Both the position numbers and the translations under genes were made by a program. Shown one piece after another: positions 9,559 through 20,089 of a stretch of 64,000 nt of DNA; position 1 is the first letter of the stretch; every line of letters begins with the position of its first letter. The notes beneath the pieces were generated by a model. It saw only the letters and a list, made by a program, of their open reading frames with translations, ran no database searches and was not told the origin of the DNA. Location: contig OZ244226.1 of NCBI GenBank assembly GCA_965217035.1, positions 558,001 to 622,000 on the forward strand, in the 5' to 3' direction. Source of the DNA: Bacteriovoracaceae bacterium. Lineage in GTDB: Bacteria; Bdellovibrionota; Bacteriovoracia; Bacteriovoracales; Bacteriovoracaceae.

Positions 9559-9698
9559 TAGCGTCAGTATGCTTTGGCCAATCTTGGGCAACGAACCACA
9601 TAGATTATGTCAGTCATACTGTTTTTCAATTAAAATACTCTTAAAGCAATATAGTAAAAAATCTAAATTATAGACTTAAAATATCCGATATAATTAAA

Positions 9699-10703
9699 AT
9701 GAAACATCTAATTATACTTTTTTTTAGTCAATACTCATTCGCTATTGCTGGCAGTGGATCTTCACTAGATGTAAATTTTATTAATGAATTTTTATCAGAA
9801 AGTTCACAATTCGGACTTCTCCCACAAGCAAAATGTGGAGAAGAAATTCATTCTGATAGTAGTCTTAACTTTAAAAGGGGTAAGTCTCGATTTTTAACAG
9901 ATAATGAGATTCCCGAGAGTATTAAAAAAGCTCGTAATTCCATGAAGCCTATTTGCAGATGTATTGTTGGGAAGTACACATGCTCAACAGTTTGGAGTGT
10001 TGCTAAGGGTGGGTATTTTGTTACTAATTTACATGTTGCAGAAAATGGAACATTAGCTGAGGAGTATTACCAGAAAGATCTTCCTGAACATTGCAATGGA
10101 AAGTTTAAATGGGTCTCGCTTAACGAAAAAGGAGAGACTATCCCTGTAAATATCAAGGTGGTTAAAAAAGGAAAAAGACCAAAAAATAGAAAGCCTGACC
10201 ATATGGGGATAGACAACTATGAGAGAAATTGGGATCTTGTTTATTTGAAAATAGAAGGATTAGAGAGTACTCCTCCATTACAGTTTGCAAAAGAGGATAT
10301 TCAGGTTGGAGATACATTGTATCATCTTGGATATGGCATTGGTCACATGAGACATGACAAGATTGCAAATGTTTCGAGAGGAAAAGTTCTTTACTCTGGA
10401 AATATAGATGAAGTAAAAAAAGTGAATCATCGTGAAATGTTTGCTAAAGATAATAAGGATAAAGGTTATATTGGTAACTTTTTAGGAGTTAATGGAACGA
10501 GTGGCGGTCCAGTTATTAATAAAAAAGGTGAGGTTGTCGGTGTTTTTTGGGGGAAAGATGCTACCTGGAGAGAAAGTTTTAAAACACAAAAAATGTTCGA
10601 TGAACTAAAGAATGGAAGCTATGCTTATCCAGAAGAGATCTCTTACTTCATTCCGGCTCAAAAGGTTAAAGAGTTTGTTAAAAGCAGTAAGTTTTCTCCG
10701 TAA
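9699..10703 (+). CDS. Secreted trypsin-like (S1) serine protease
   Basis: Signal peptide; catalytic triad motifs TNLHVA, WDLVYL, GTSGGP. Confidence 0.85.
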   Translation: MKHLIILFFSQYSFAIAGSGSSLDVNFINEFLSESSQFGLLPQAKCGEEIHSDSSLNFKRGKSRFLTDNEIPESIKKARNSMKPICRCIVGKYTCSTVWSVAKGGYFVTNLHVAENGTLAEEYYQKDLPEHCNGKFKWVSLNEKGETIPVNIKVVKKGKRPKNRKPDHMGIDNYERNWDLVYLKIEGLESTPPLQFAKEDIQVGDTLYHLGYGIGHMRHDKIANVSRGKVLYSGNIDEVKKVNHREMFAKDNKDKGYIGNFLGVNGTSGGPVINKKGEVVGVFWGKDATWRESFKTQKMFDELKNGSYAYPEEISYFIPAQKVKEFVKSSKFSP

Positions 10704-11105
10704 ACTAGTCATAAGCCTCTAAACATAAAATTTGTCATCTACACGTGAATACTAGAACTTACTTGGATCTGAGTATAATCTGCCTTGAGAGCGCGTTTTT
10801 TGACACTGGGTATTTGGAGCCCACTACTTCTTCATCAAAACAAAAGAGTTCCCCTACATGCCGTTCACTCTAAATCATTAAAAACTCAAAGTCTTTTGCT
10901 TTCAATTTGCTTAAAAATCTCAAATAGAGGACAAAAATTTCGACTCAGGTTTGGTCGCGAGAATCTTTATCGAACTTATAGGTGTTGAAATATTAGAAAC
11001 TTATAACGCTAAGTTAAAACAAGTTTAAAAGACGTACTTTCACTTAATAAGGACGGATATATTTTAGTTCTTTCTCTTAATTAAAAGTTTTGTTAGTTTA
11101 CGTTT

Positions 11106-12155
11106 ATGAAGAAAATAATTTTAATAATAATATTTACGATTAGTGGATATCTAGTGTGGAATTATTTTTCAGTCCCTGAGTTCAAAGGGAAACATAGTGC
11201 TCTTAGAAAAACACTATGGGAGTGGAAAAAATCAGATAATGATGAAAAGTTTTTTCTCGCAGAAAAAATAAGCTTGTACTCAGCCTTCAGAAAGTTAAGC
11301 AAAAAAGAAAACGATAATTTCTCTGAGGATGAGGAAAATGCCCTTGAAGAAGCAATGATTTATCTTGAAAATTTAGGAAAAGATATATCAGACTTTGAAG
11401 ATTCCTTATCAAGAGAAGAGATAGAGATTGTTACAAAAGCAAACCCATCCTCAATATTTAGAAAACTTGGACGTTTTTACTCTAATCCTGCAAAAGCAGC
11501 TAACTGCAAGTTCAAAGATTATGAAGAGTTAAGAAAAGATTATTCCGCAGAAGAGCTTTATAAGATTGGTATAAATATTGGTCCTTTAACTCAGCTTATG
11601 GAAGAAGACTTTAAAATTTCTTATGCAAAGTCCCTAATTGAAATTTTAGATTCAGACCCTAGCAGAAAATCAAAATACAGTACTCTCAGGGATTTTTATT
11701 ATCCAAGTCTTGTCAACCCAAGTGAATTTACGAAGAAAATGACTGAGAGCTTTGAAAGTAATAAAAATAGAAGAAAACAGTATCGCAAAGATATAATAGA
11801 GTTTGGTATTAGCGAAGAAGGTGTTGATGAATATATCTCAGAAATGGCATCAAAATCTCCTAATTGTTTGTTAGGAATTAATTTTTCATTTGTAGAACAT
11901 GCAAAGAAAGGTTTAATGAATGAAAGAGCAAGGAAAATTTTAGACTACCTTAAAGAAAAATCGATGTCCGAATCATCTCTACCTGAGTCGATCTATGATA
12001 TTGAAGATGAAAAGATAAAACCTCTTTATATGGAAGCCCCAATGTCTTTTTTTATAAAGAAGCTTTCAGATACAAGCATTGAACTATTTTCCGAAGGTCA
12101 AGATTCCCAAGAAGGTACGGCCGATGACATTAGCTATGGTGTTTTAAGGATATAG
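11106..12155 (+). CDS. Hypothetical membrane-anchored protein with GspG-like C-terminal motif
   Basis: N-terminal TM helix; ends LFSEGQDSQEGTADDISY. Confidence 0.55.
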   Translation: MKKIILIIIFTISGYLVWNYFSVPEFKGKHSALRKTLWEWKKSDNDEKFFLAEKISLYSAFRKLSKKENDNFSEDEENALEEAMIYLENLGKDISDFEDSLSREEIEIVTKANPSSIFRKLGRFYSNPAKAANCKFKDYEELRKDYSAEELYKIGINIGPLTQLMEEDFKISYAKSLIEILDSDPSRKSKYSTLRDFYYPSLVNPSEFTKKMTESFESNKNRRKQYRKDIIEFGISEEGVDEYISEMASKSPNCLLGINFSFVEHAKKGLMNERARKILDYLKEKSMSESSLPESIYDIEDEKIKPLYMEAPMSFFIKKLSDTSIELFSEGQDSQEGTADDISYGVLRI

Positions 12156-12412
12156 ATAGTTTTAAATCCTACTCAAGCACCTAAAATCACGAACGCCGAT
12201 ATTGAAAAATTCAACCACTTAAGTGACTTGTCGTGAGATGAGCGTTATTTCACCTTCAATCAATTGAAAAAAATTCATTGTTATTAAATTCATTTACATT
12301 ACGTTGGTCCTATTAGATATATCCTCTCAAGTACATTAAGGTAGAGGGTTTCAGAGTATAAAAAAGCAATCTAAGAAGATTATCTTTGGAGCATGGGCTA
12401 AGGGAGATTAAA

Positions 12413-12709
12413 ATGAAGAAACTACTATTTGGATTATCAATGATTGGAAGTCTTTCAGCTTATTCTGGCCGATATAAGACGTATTATATGAAGTTCGAAC
12501 CAGATTTGATGGTGATAGTTCTTAAAGGAAAAGATGCAAAAAAATTATATAATCAATTAGAGGGAGTAAATATCTCGACAACAAATATGGACGACGGAAT
12601 ACTTGATCGCGTGGGAGAAAATATAAAATGCTTTAAGGATAAGAGAAGGTACTCTTGTGAGATAACCATAGATAAAAATGGTACCGCTCAACAGGGAGCA
12701 AATGGTTAA
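12413..12709 (+). CDS. Small exported hypothetical protein
   Basis: SD AGGGAG before ATG 12413; signal peptide MKKLLFGLSMIGSLSAYS. Confidence 0.7.
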   Translation: MKKLLFGLSMIGSLSAYSGRYKTYYMKFEPDLMVIVLKGKDAKKLYNQLEGVNISTTNMDDGILDRVGENIKCFKDKRRYSCEITIDKNGTAQQGANG

Positions 12710-12808
12710 TCTAATGAACTAATTTGGACTAAAAATAAATTTTCTATATACACGCAAAGGTTAGCACTTAAAATGTTAGATCATAACTACTAAATTGGAG
12801 AACAAATT

Positions 12809-13174
12809 ATGAAGAAATTATTGATTGGGTTATTGGTACTAGGAAGTCTTTCCGCTCTTGCAAAAAGTGATATGGATCGAACATGTCATTTCTCTGTAAG
12901 TGATATTGATCACAAAACTATATATGGGCGTGTACTAGCGATTAAATCAACTCAAATGAGTAATATTAAACAAGATAATGGTTACAGAGTATATCTTAAT
13001 GCTTTTAGCAAGAATAAAACAATGACTGTTAATTACAGTGATTTAGCATCTCCTGCAGAGAGTGAAACTCATAGACTCGTCGTTAAAAAGTCAGGAGTTG
13101 CAAAAAAAGTTATTACAGATGTTAACGGAGATACTGTTATTCTTAGACTTCTTTGTGCGTACGAGAAAAACTAG
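12809..13174 (+). CDS. Small exported hypothetical protein
   Basis: SD GGAG; signal peptide MKKLLIGLLVLGSLSALA. Confidence 0.75.
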   Translation: MKKLLIGLLVLGSLSALAKSDMDRTCHFSVSDIDHKTIYGRVLAIKSTQMSNIKQDNGYRVYLNAFSKNKTMTVNYSDLASPAESETHRLVVKKSGVAKKVITDVNGDTVILRLLCAYEKN

Positions 13175-13312
13175 TATTGGAATTCTTTTAAAAAGGTATA
13201 TAAAGTACAAAATCCGAGTTCTAAAGTCTAAATCGATCTTAGAGCAAGGATTGGTATAAAAAAACAAGTACTGAATTAACTATATTATTAATGGAATTCG
13301 AGGAGAAATGAA

Positions 13313-13588
13313 ATGAAAGAATTGTTATGTACCCTTTTATTGCTAGGAAGCTTTTCTTCTTTTGCAAAAGAAGTTTGTGATATAAATCAAAGCGACTTTC
13401 AAGATTTTTCGATCAGATGTAGTGACAAAAATGCGCAAAAATCATTTATTAAAAACATCAGTAGCATGAAAGCTGGAAAACGAAACGATCTTATAATGAT
13501 GAAAATGATGCTAAATGATGGCTATGATCTAAAAGCTGCTTACAGCTCTGATGATAGTGCTAGCATGACTTGGATTTTTGTAAAATAA
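13313..13588 (+). CDS. Small exported hypothetical protein
   Basis: SD GAGGAG; signal peptide MKELLCTLLLLGSFSSFA. Confidence 0.75.
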   Translation: MKELLCTLLLLGSFSSFAKEVCDINQSDFQDFSIRCSDKNAQKSFIKNISSMKAGKRNDLIMMKMMLNDGYDLKAAYSSDDSASMTWIFVK

Positions 13589-13614
13589 GCTTAAGTTTTA
13601 ATTTTCTAAATTAA

Positions 13615-13650
13615 TAAAAAAGCTCCGTTATCTTGATGGAGCTTTTTTAT
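13615..13650 (+). terminator. Intrinsic (bidirectional) terminator
   Basis: AAAAAAGCTCC-gttatcttgat-GGAGCTTTTTT. Confidence 0.8.
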
Positions 13651-13815
13651 ATCACTCAATCCTAAATTCTCTCTAGCTGATAATTTAACCAGCATGACCG
13701 TGCTTAAATATCCGACACAAATGATTTCGGTATTTTGTGGGGTTGGGGACTTCAAAAATAGAAGTAATTTACTATCAAGTGTAGATTCTTTAATAAAAAA
13801 TCTTATTTATTTTGT

Positions 13816-13842
13816 TAAGTACTCATCCAAGATAGCCGATAA
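13816..13842 (+). promoter_or_regulatory. Sigma28 (FliA)-type promoter
   Basis: TAAG-N15-GCCGATAA, 33 nt upstream of ATG 13876. Confidence 0.7.
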
Positions 13843-13875
13843 ATTCAGTGTATTCTTATTTTAAGGAGCGATATT

Positions 13876-14574
13876 ATGAAGGCTTTGTCTATTTTTTTAG
13901 TGATCCTTTCATTTGTGTCTTATTCACAGGTCATTCAAAAAAAATACCCTGGGTTAGCTAATAAGCCCGCTGATTACTTAGTTATAGATAATAAAACTTC
14001 TAAGCTTGTACCATTCCATCAATACGATAAGTTTCTAAAGAATAATGTTGGAATTTCAGGCAAGCCTGCAAATCATATAGTTCTAAATAAAGATGAAGTT
14101 GTTGCCTTACCATATTTAATAGTGCCTCAATCAGAATATTTAAACTATATGAAAACGAAAAGTGGATTTGTCGATAAATCTGCAAATCATGTAATGATTG
14201 ATGATAAGGAAACGATCCTTTTATCTTCCACTGAAATAAATACAGATTTAAAGTCCTATTCTGGGATCGTTGGAAAGCCTGCAAATCATGTAATGATTGA
14301 TGGACAAGAAGCAATTATAGTTCCTAAAAATAAGTATAGAGGCTTTCTTGCCTTATATCCAGGAATAGTAGGAATGCCATCTAACTATGTTGTTATTGAT
14401 AAACGAGTTGTAGTCGTAATCCCATCTAATCCTGAAGACTCTGTTGATACTGCTGGCGTTCCTGGTCCCGCGGCAGTAGATAATGCTACTAGAATTGAAA
14501 ATGCTAAAAAACTTTTTATGCCTGTAGTTCAGAAGAAAAGTAAAAAAGCTAATCAAGTCGTTACAGAACAATAG
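13876..14574 (+). CDS. Exported protein with five internal repeats
   Basis: SD AAGGAG, signal peptide, five copies of G-h-x-x-K-P-A-N-H-V-x-I-D. Confidence 0.8.
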   Translation: MKALSIFLVILSFVSYSQVIQKKYPGLANKPADYLVIDNKTSKLVPFHQYDKFLKNNVGISGKPANHIVLNKDEVVALPYLIVPQSEYLNYMKTKSGFVDKSANHVMIDDKETILLSSTEINTDLKSYSGIVGKPANHVMIDGQEAIIVPKNKYRGFLALYPGIVGMPSNYVVIDKRVVVVIPSNPEDSVDTAGVPGPAAVDNATRIENAKKLFMPVVQKKSKKANQVVTEQ

Positions 14575-14900
14575 TCCGCTCTCTATATTCGATAGAATAA
14601 GTCAAAAACAACTGATTTATCTTTCAAACCTGAGTACAGTTCTGGGGTGTAAGAATTTAAGCATTATTTCAAATAATCTTTATACCTTAATATAATCTGC
14701 CTTATAGTTGTATTTCTAATATTTGCGAGATTTCATCAAAAATATCGATGTAATCCCAAAATATAACCCAACTGCTTTTTTCTTGAAGGTATTTGCTATG
14801 TATTTCTTTAAGTACTATCATTTTAATTAACTTAGTAATTTTTAAATTAATCAATTAGAATCGGCATAATGAGTGGTATTTACCAAGAGAAGCTATCAAG

Positions 14901-15914
14901 TTACTGTCGAATTAAATAAGTCAAAACGGGAAAATGATCACTATAACCTATTCCCGAGGTACCATTAAAAGTTCTCTTAGGATAACCTCGATAGAGGCCA
15001 GATTTTTGGATTAAAAAGTTCTGATTAAAAACAACTGCTCGATACAAAGACCATTCCGACCCTAAGTTATTAATCAAAGAATTCGTAAGAAGAATTTGAT
15101 CAAAATTAAACCAAGCATCTCTATAAGCATTAGTTCCAATTCCTTTTCTTACCTTTTCTTGAAAAGGATTAAAAATATCATTGTCTTGTAACGCACCTCT
15201 GTTGAGTTTAGCTCCCAAAACGGTTCGCAAACTTTTATTGCGAGGGTTATCGTTAAAATCTCCCATGATAACGACTTTAGGATTTGCTTCATTCGTTGAT
15301 ATCTCAGTAATGATTTTCTTCGTTAAGTTTGCAGCAGCAATCCGGAAAGGTCGCGAGCGACGTTCCCCTCCTGATCTAGAAGGCCAATGATTAATAATAA
15401 AATGAAGCTTCTCCCCTCCCAATAAACCAGTCACTAATAATTGATCACGTGTTTTATAGGTCGGGTTAGAAGGAATATCGAGTTTGTAGGTCTTAAAACT
15501 TATGAGCTCAAAAAGTTCAGGCTTATATAAAAAGGCCACATCGATCCCACGACGATCCGGAGAATCCACATGCACATAAGCATAACGAGAACTTGAGAGT
15601 TGATTATTAGAGACTAACTGATCAAGGACTTTAGCATTTTCGACCTCAGCAAGCCCAAGCACAGTAGGTCCTGCTGAAGCTTCTGTAGACTTAATTTTTG
15701 AGATGACTTCAGCAATATTATTAATTTTTTTATCGGCAATATTCTTCGTCCAGCGTTTGCGACCACTAGGAGTAAACTCTTTATCATTAGTGAGAGGGTC
15801 ATCAATATGATCAAACATATTTTCAACGTTATAAAAAGCAAGAGTACTTACTTCCTTCCCTTGAGCAAAGTTAATCAATAAAACAAAAATGAATAGAGAT
15901 TTTCTTAAAGACAT
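14901..15914 (-). CDS. Secreted endonuclease/exonuclease/phosphatase-family nuclease
   Basis: FYNVENMFD, GLAEVEN, NHWPSR, MGDFND, FDQI, YSDHFP motifs; signal peptide. Confidence 0.9.
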   Translation of the reverse strand: MSLRKSLFIFVLLINFAQGKEVSTLAFYNVENMFDHIDDPLTNDKEFTPSGRKRWTKNIADKKINNIAEVISKIKSTEASAGPTVLGLAEVENAKVLDQLVSNNQLSSSRYAYVHVDSPDRRGIDVAFLYKPELFELISFKTYKLDIPSNPTYKTRDQLLVTGLLGGEKLHFIINHWPSRSGGERRSRPFRIAAANLTKKIITEISTNEANPKVVIMGDFNDNPRNKSLRTVLGAKLNRGALQDNDIFNPFQEKVRKGIGTNAYRDAWFNFDQILLTNSLINNLGSEWSLYRAVVFNQNFLIQKSGLYRGYPKRTFNGTSGIGYSDHFPVLTYLIRQ

Positions 15915-16228
15915 AGAACTTCCTTCTTATAAGTATAGCTTAGCTTTAAAAAGTTGATTGGGGAAGTTTATTAATTAACCAGATTTAGTCGTTTATTCTT
16001 AACATTTGTGAATAAATTTTCACAGAGGAGTAACTCATTATGTTATTGTCTCCACTTGTTTAAAACACTCTTAATTTTTTCATTGTTAGGCTTATATCCT
16101 GATGGAAAAATGTTCCTCTTCATTTGCCTGTGCACAAGAGAATTCAATATCAGCCTTACTGGCAAAAGTACTCAAGCTAAGCAAAAAGTGATAGTGTGAG
16201 TTTGCTTAATATATTGAACCTTTATCCC

Positions 16229-16651
16229 TTACAATTCAAAATATGCACTAAAATCGTCATAGTCCATAGCTCCATCACTAGATACCTCGAAGAAGACCTT
16301 TGTTTTAGAGTCCACTACATTGACTTGAGTAATTGTGAACTCATATTCATCGTTGTATAAAAATGCAGCCTCGCGATCGCCACCTTTTAAAGCTTGCAAA
16401 GACCCATCTGCATAATAATAACCAGGATTTTTCCCACAAAGGTATAGAGAGTAAAGCTCATTACCATTAACAACTCCAAATGCTCCGACAATTTCTTCAC
16501 CATTGTAAACATAGACTCGTTCTTCTTTTGGTATTTCTTCTGAGATTCTTTCAGATGTGTAGTTATCTGTTTTACATGAAGCGATATCAGCAGCAAACAA
16601 CAGATTTACCCCTAAAGCAAATGTAAAAATACCAACGAATAAACTCTTCAT
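16229..16651 (-). CDS. Exported hypothetical protein
   Basis: SD AAGGAG before ATG 16651; signal peptide MKSLFVGIFTFALGVNLLFA. Confidence 0.7.
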   Translation of the reverse strand: MKSLFVGIFTFALGVNLLFAADIASCKTDNYTSERISEEIPKEERVYVYNGEEIVGAFGVVNGNELYSLYLCGKNPGYYYADGSLQALKGGDREAAFLYNDEYEFTITQVNVVDSKTKVFFEVSSDGAMDYDDFSAYFEL

Positions 16652-17088
16652 CTTTAACTCCTTGGTCGCCCAAAAATCTAATATTCTATATCTCTTCAAC
16701 CTTTACATTCTTTCAAAAATTGCGAATCAATTCTATGACATTAAAAATGTTACATCAGCAGTGTAAAAAAAATGATCATTTTTTACCTACAATAACGTTC
16801 AACTGTTAGTAAGCAACGCAATCTGTTTGGGAACAAGAGTAATTTAAAACTGATTGTATCACTTGGCATCTAAACAAAAAACGCCTACTCATTCTGAACA
16901 ACAGTTTTAGGGGACATGATTTCTTTCGAAATTTACCTCAAAGAAAGCTTTTCTACGCAATATTTTTGATAGAGGAAACTTTTTGTCTTGGTGGAAGTTA
17001 GCCCCACCATTAGAAGGTTTCAATTACTTTACATTATTCATTAAAATTTCTAGACTCCCAGTCGCTAACTCAACTAGAAGGTCTACTT

Positions 17089-19116
17089 ATGCGGTATTTT
17101 CTTTTTTTATTAATTCTTACTTCAGCGAATGCTCTTTCCCAACCCTACGCTAAAGAGCATCCGTTTTACGAGAAACGTTTCGGTATCTTAATTAAAGATG
17201 AGTATAAGTGGATGGAGCAAGGTGGCGATCAGTATTATTTGGTAGACTGGTTGAAAAAACAATTTAAATATACGCGAAGCCATCTTGATAAAAAGAAATT
17301 TGATTATTTCTATAGAAAGATTGATGGACCCAGAAAATTTATTTCGAAGTTTGTCAGAGGAAACAAAAATAAGCTTCAGTTTTTTAATCAAAGACTAGGC
17401 CAATACGAAAGTCTCTCCAAATTTAACCATCCAAGTTCAATGCCCTCTTTATTGGAAGAATTGAAAATTAAAAACAAAGAGTCAGGGAAACTATCCACAA
17501 AGTACACAACTGAAGTCTCTGACATCCCCGAGACAGGTAGTGGTTATGGAGCTTTCCAAAGAATTAAAGTTTTCAATAAAAATAATGGGAAACTCGTCGA
17601 AATCGTCTCTCCTCAAGCTTTATCAGTAAGTATTATAGACTGGATCGACGATGAAAGATTTATCTATTCAGCGACAAAGAAAAAACACGGAGTTGATTTT
17701 GCGACGAGTTTAACTCTTCATAAGGTGGATAATCATCCTTCAGAGGACGAAGAGATTTATGGGGTAAAATCAAGTCAGTACTTTGATGTGCTTAAGTTTC
17801 AGGACAAGTATTTCTTCAATTTCTATGACCTAACTGATCGCAGTCAGTATATTTTGCACTTTGATCTTTCAAAAAGAAAAGTTTTGAAGAGGATTCCTCT
17901 CGGAAAATTAAGAACAACACTTTTGTCTAAAAAAGAAGGAAATGATTTTTTTCTCTATACAATGAATTATGAGAAATACAACTACGGTGTTTTAGAAAAA
18001 GTCCGTATTACAGATGGAAAAAGTATCCCTCTTTTCAAAACAGACAACTATATTGTAACAGAACTTTATAGCATGGGAGAGAACTCTGGATTGGTATTTG
18101 TTGCTTTTCGCGATGGAATAAGCATGCTCGGTGTTTTTAACGGCAAGAAGGCTAGACTTCTTCCCTCACAACCTCTCGATGGCTCTTATTACTACCTAGG
18201 GCAAATGAATGGTAAGTTCAGATTTCTTCATATGACTTATGGTGATGGCCTTAAAGACTTTCTTCTGGATCCAAAGGCTGGCAAGCTTGAGCTAAAAAAT
18301 AGTGCCCATTACTATCCTTCAGGTAAAAGAATTAAAGTAAAGCGGATTCATTATACAGCGACAAATGGTCAAAGAGCCGTTGTCTCAGTTGTTTCAAGAG
18401 AGGGAGTCCGTCTAAATTCTAAGACTCCTATGATACTCTTTGGCTATGGAGGCTGGTATCATATAGAGTTTCCTTTCTTCAACTCCAATGATTCTTTCGG
18501 CTGGTTGGAGAAGGGTGGAGCTTTCGCGTTTGCAACCGTGCCAGGTAGTCTTGCCTATGGGATGTCTTGGAATCATCATGCAAAAGCTGGTAATAGAAAA
18601 AATAGTTTTGACTCTTTCGCCAATGCAGGAAAAGAGCTTATAAGAAGAAGAATGACTTCTCCTTCAAAGCTCGGAATTATGGGAGCCAGTAATGGAGGAT
18701 TGCTTGTAGCGGGAGCTATGGAGCGCCATAAAAAATTATTCAAAGCAGTCGTCCCTATCGCTGGTGTGTTGAATATGATCGATATTTATAGAAACGGGCT
18801 TTATTGGGAGTACGGAAACCCTTACAAGAAGAGAACTTTCTTCAAATTGATGAAAATATCTCCTTATCATAAATTAAAGAGAGCGTCCTACCCTGCTATC
18901 CTCGTTCAAACAGGTCGAGAAGACAATATTGTTTTACCCCAAGAAAGTTATAAATATGTGGCGAGATTGCAAAAACTACAAACTAACGAAAACAACCCTG
19001 TTCTCCTTCATGTAAGTAATTTTGCTGGTCACCACCCTATTTCTGCATCGATGAAAATTCATAAGGAAAAAATGGCAAGTATCTATGCTTTCTTTGCCGA
19101 ACAGCTTGGACTTTAA
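17089..19116 (+). CDS. Secreted prolyl oligopeptidase (S9) family serine peptidase
   Basis: DEYKWME, GYGG, GASNGG nucleophile, WEYGNP, Asp in REDNIV, His in AGHH. Confidence 0.9.
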   Translation: MRYFLFLLILTSANALSQPYAKEHPFYEKRFGILIKDEYKWMEQGGDQYYLVDWLKKQFKYTRSHLDKKKFDYFYRKIDGPRKFISKFVRGNKNKLQFFNQRLGQYESLSKFNHPSSMPSLLEELKIKNKESGKLSTKYTTEVSDIPETGSGYGAFQRIKVFNKNNGKLVEIVSPQALSVSIIDWIDDERFIYSATKKKHGVDFATSLTLHKVDNHPSEDEEIYGVKSSQYFDVLKFQDKYFFNFYDLTDRSQYILHFDLSKRKVLKRIPLGKLRTTLLSKKEGNDFFLYTMNYEKYNYGVLEKVRITDGKSIPLFKTDNYIVTELYSMGENSGLVFVAFRDGISMLGVFNGKKARLLPSQPLDGSYYYLGQMNGKFRFLHMTYGDGLKDFLLDPKAGKLELKNSAHYYPSGKRIKVKRIHYTATNGQRAVVSVVSREGVRLNSKTPMILFGYGGWYHIEFPFFNSNDSFGWLEKGGAFAFATVPGSLAYGMSWNHHAKAGNRKNSFDSFANAGKELIRRRMTSPSKLGIMGASNGGLLVAGAMERHKKLFKAVVPIAGVLNMIDIYRNGLYWEYGNPYKKRTFFKLMKISPYHKLKRASYPAILVQTGREDNIVLPQESYKYVARLQKLQTNENNPVLLHVSNFAGHHPISASMKIHKEKMASIYAFFAEQLGL

Positions 19117-19213
19117 AGTAAATAAGCTCTTTGATTAATATGATGAAGTTCTACGAGAGAACCTACGTATCATGTGTTTTTTACAAAAGTATTGCAACCC
19201 ATTTTTTGATTTA

Positions 19214-20089
19214 GGGCGTGTCTTCAAAGTTAGAAGGGTCTGAGAAAATGTAAGGCCTTTTAAGGTCATTTATCTTGGCCATTGATCATAATTCTACTTT
19301 CATAGATCTATGAAAACAACAGAACGATTATTTTTAACAAACACTATGTGGAAAAAAATAGAACCTCTTTTACCAGCTGAACGTGGTCGCTGCGCTCGTC
19401 CCTCAAAATGTAACCGAACAATGCTTGAAGGAATGATTTGGAAGCTTAGAGTCGGTTGTCCCTGGAGAGATCTCCCTGTTGAGTTTGGTCCTTGGCAATC
19501 AGTTTACACTCGTTTTAATCGTTGGTCAGAATCAGGAATCTTCCAAGAAGTTTTTGTTCTGATTAAAGACAAGTTAACAAAGCAAAACGTTGCCTTGGAT
19601 TCAAGTATTGTTCGAGCTCATCAACATGCTCATGGTGCTCGAAAAAAAATGGTGATCAGAAGATAGGAAAAAGCTCAGGTGGTCCCACAACAAAGATTCA
19701 CCTTTTAACAGACAGCTACGGTAATCCGGAGATCATTAAATTAAGTCCAGGCAATATTCATGACATTGATACCGCGTATGAATTTATTGAAGAGTTACCC
19801 GATCAAGTCGAGCAACTTCTTGCTGATAAAGGTTATGATGCAGATTTGTTCAGAAAGTCACTCGAAGCGAGAGGAGTAAGTCCTGTTATTCCAGGAAGAA
19901 GAAGTCGAAAGAAGGAGATTGTTTACGACAAGGAACTTTATAGAGACAGACATGTTGTCGAGAATTCTTTTTGTAACTTAAAGCAATTTAGGTCGATTGC
20001 AATGAGATTTGAAAAGCTTGCTCGAAACTATATGACCATGGTTTTACTGGGAGCGATTCTTATGTGGAGTAAACTTTGAAAACACGCCC
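19214..20089 (+). mobile_element. IS5-family (IS427-group-like) insertion sequence, 876 bp
   Basis: Terminal IRs GGGCGTGTCTTCAAAGTT / AACTTTGAAAACACGCCC (17/18); TA on both sides (19212-13, 20090-91). Confidence 0.92.
19310..20079 (+). CDS. IS5-family transposase, orfA/orfB joined by a -1 frameshift at A8 (19642-19649)
   Basis: OrfA has WRDLP..FGPWQSVYTRFNRW, DSSIVRAHQHA. The -1 frame continues GKSSGGPTTKIH...ADKGYD...RHVVENSFCNLKQFRSIAMRFEK. Confidence 0.88.

Noticed and set aside
16007..16024. TGTGA-N8-TCACA palindrome as a CRP site
   Set aside because: The spacer is 8 rather than 6 nt; a single instance is not enough support.
19310..20079. Transposase pseudogene
   Set aside because: The split falls at an A8 slippery site typical of programmed frameshifting, and both halves and the IRs are intact.
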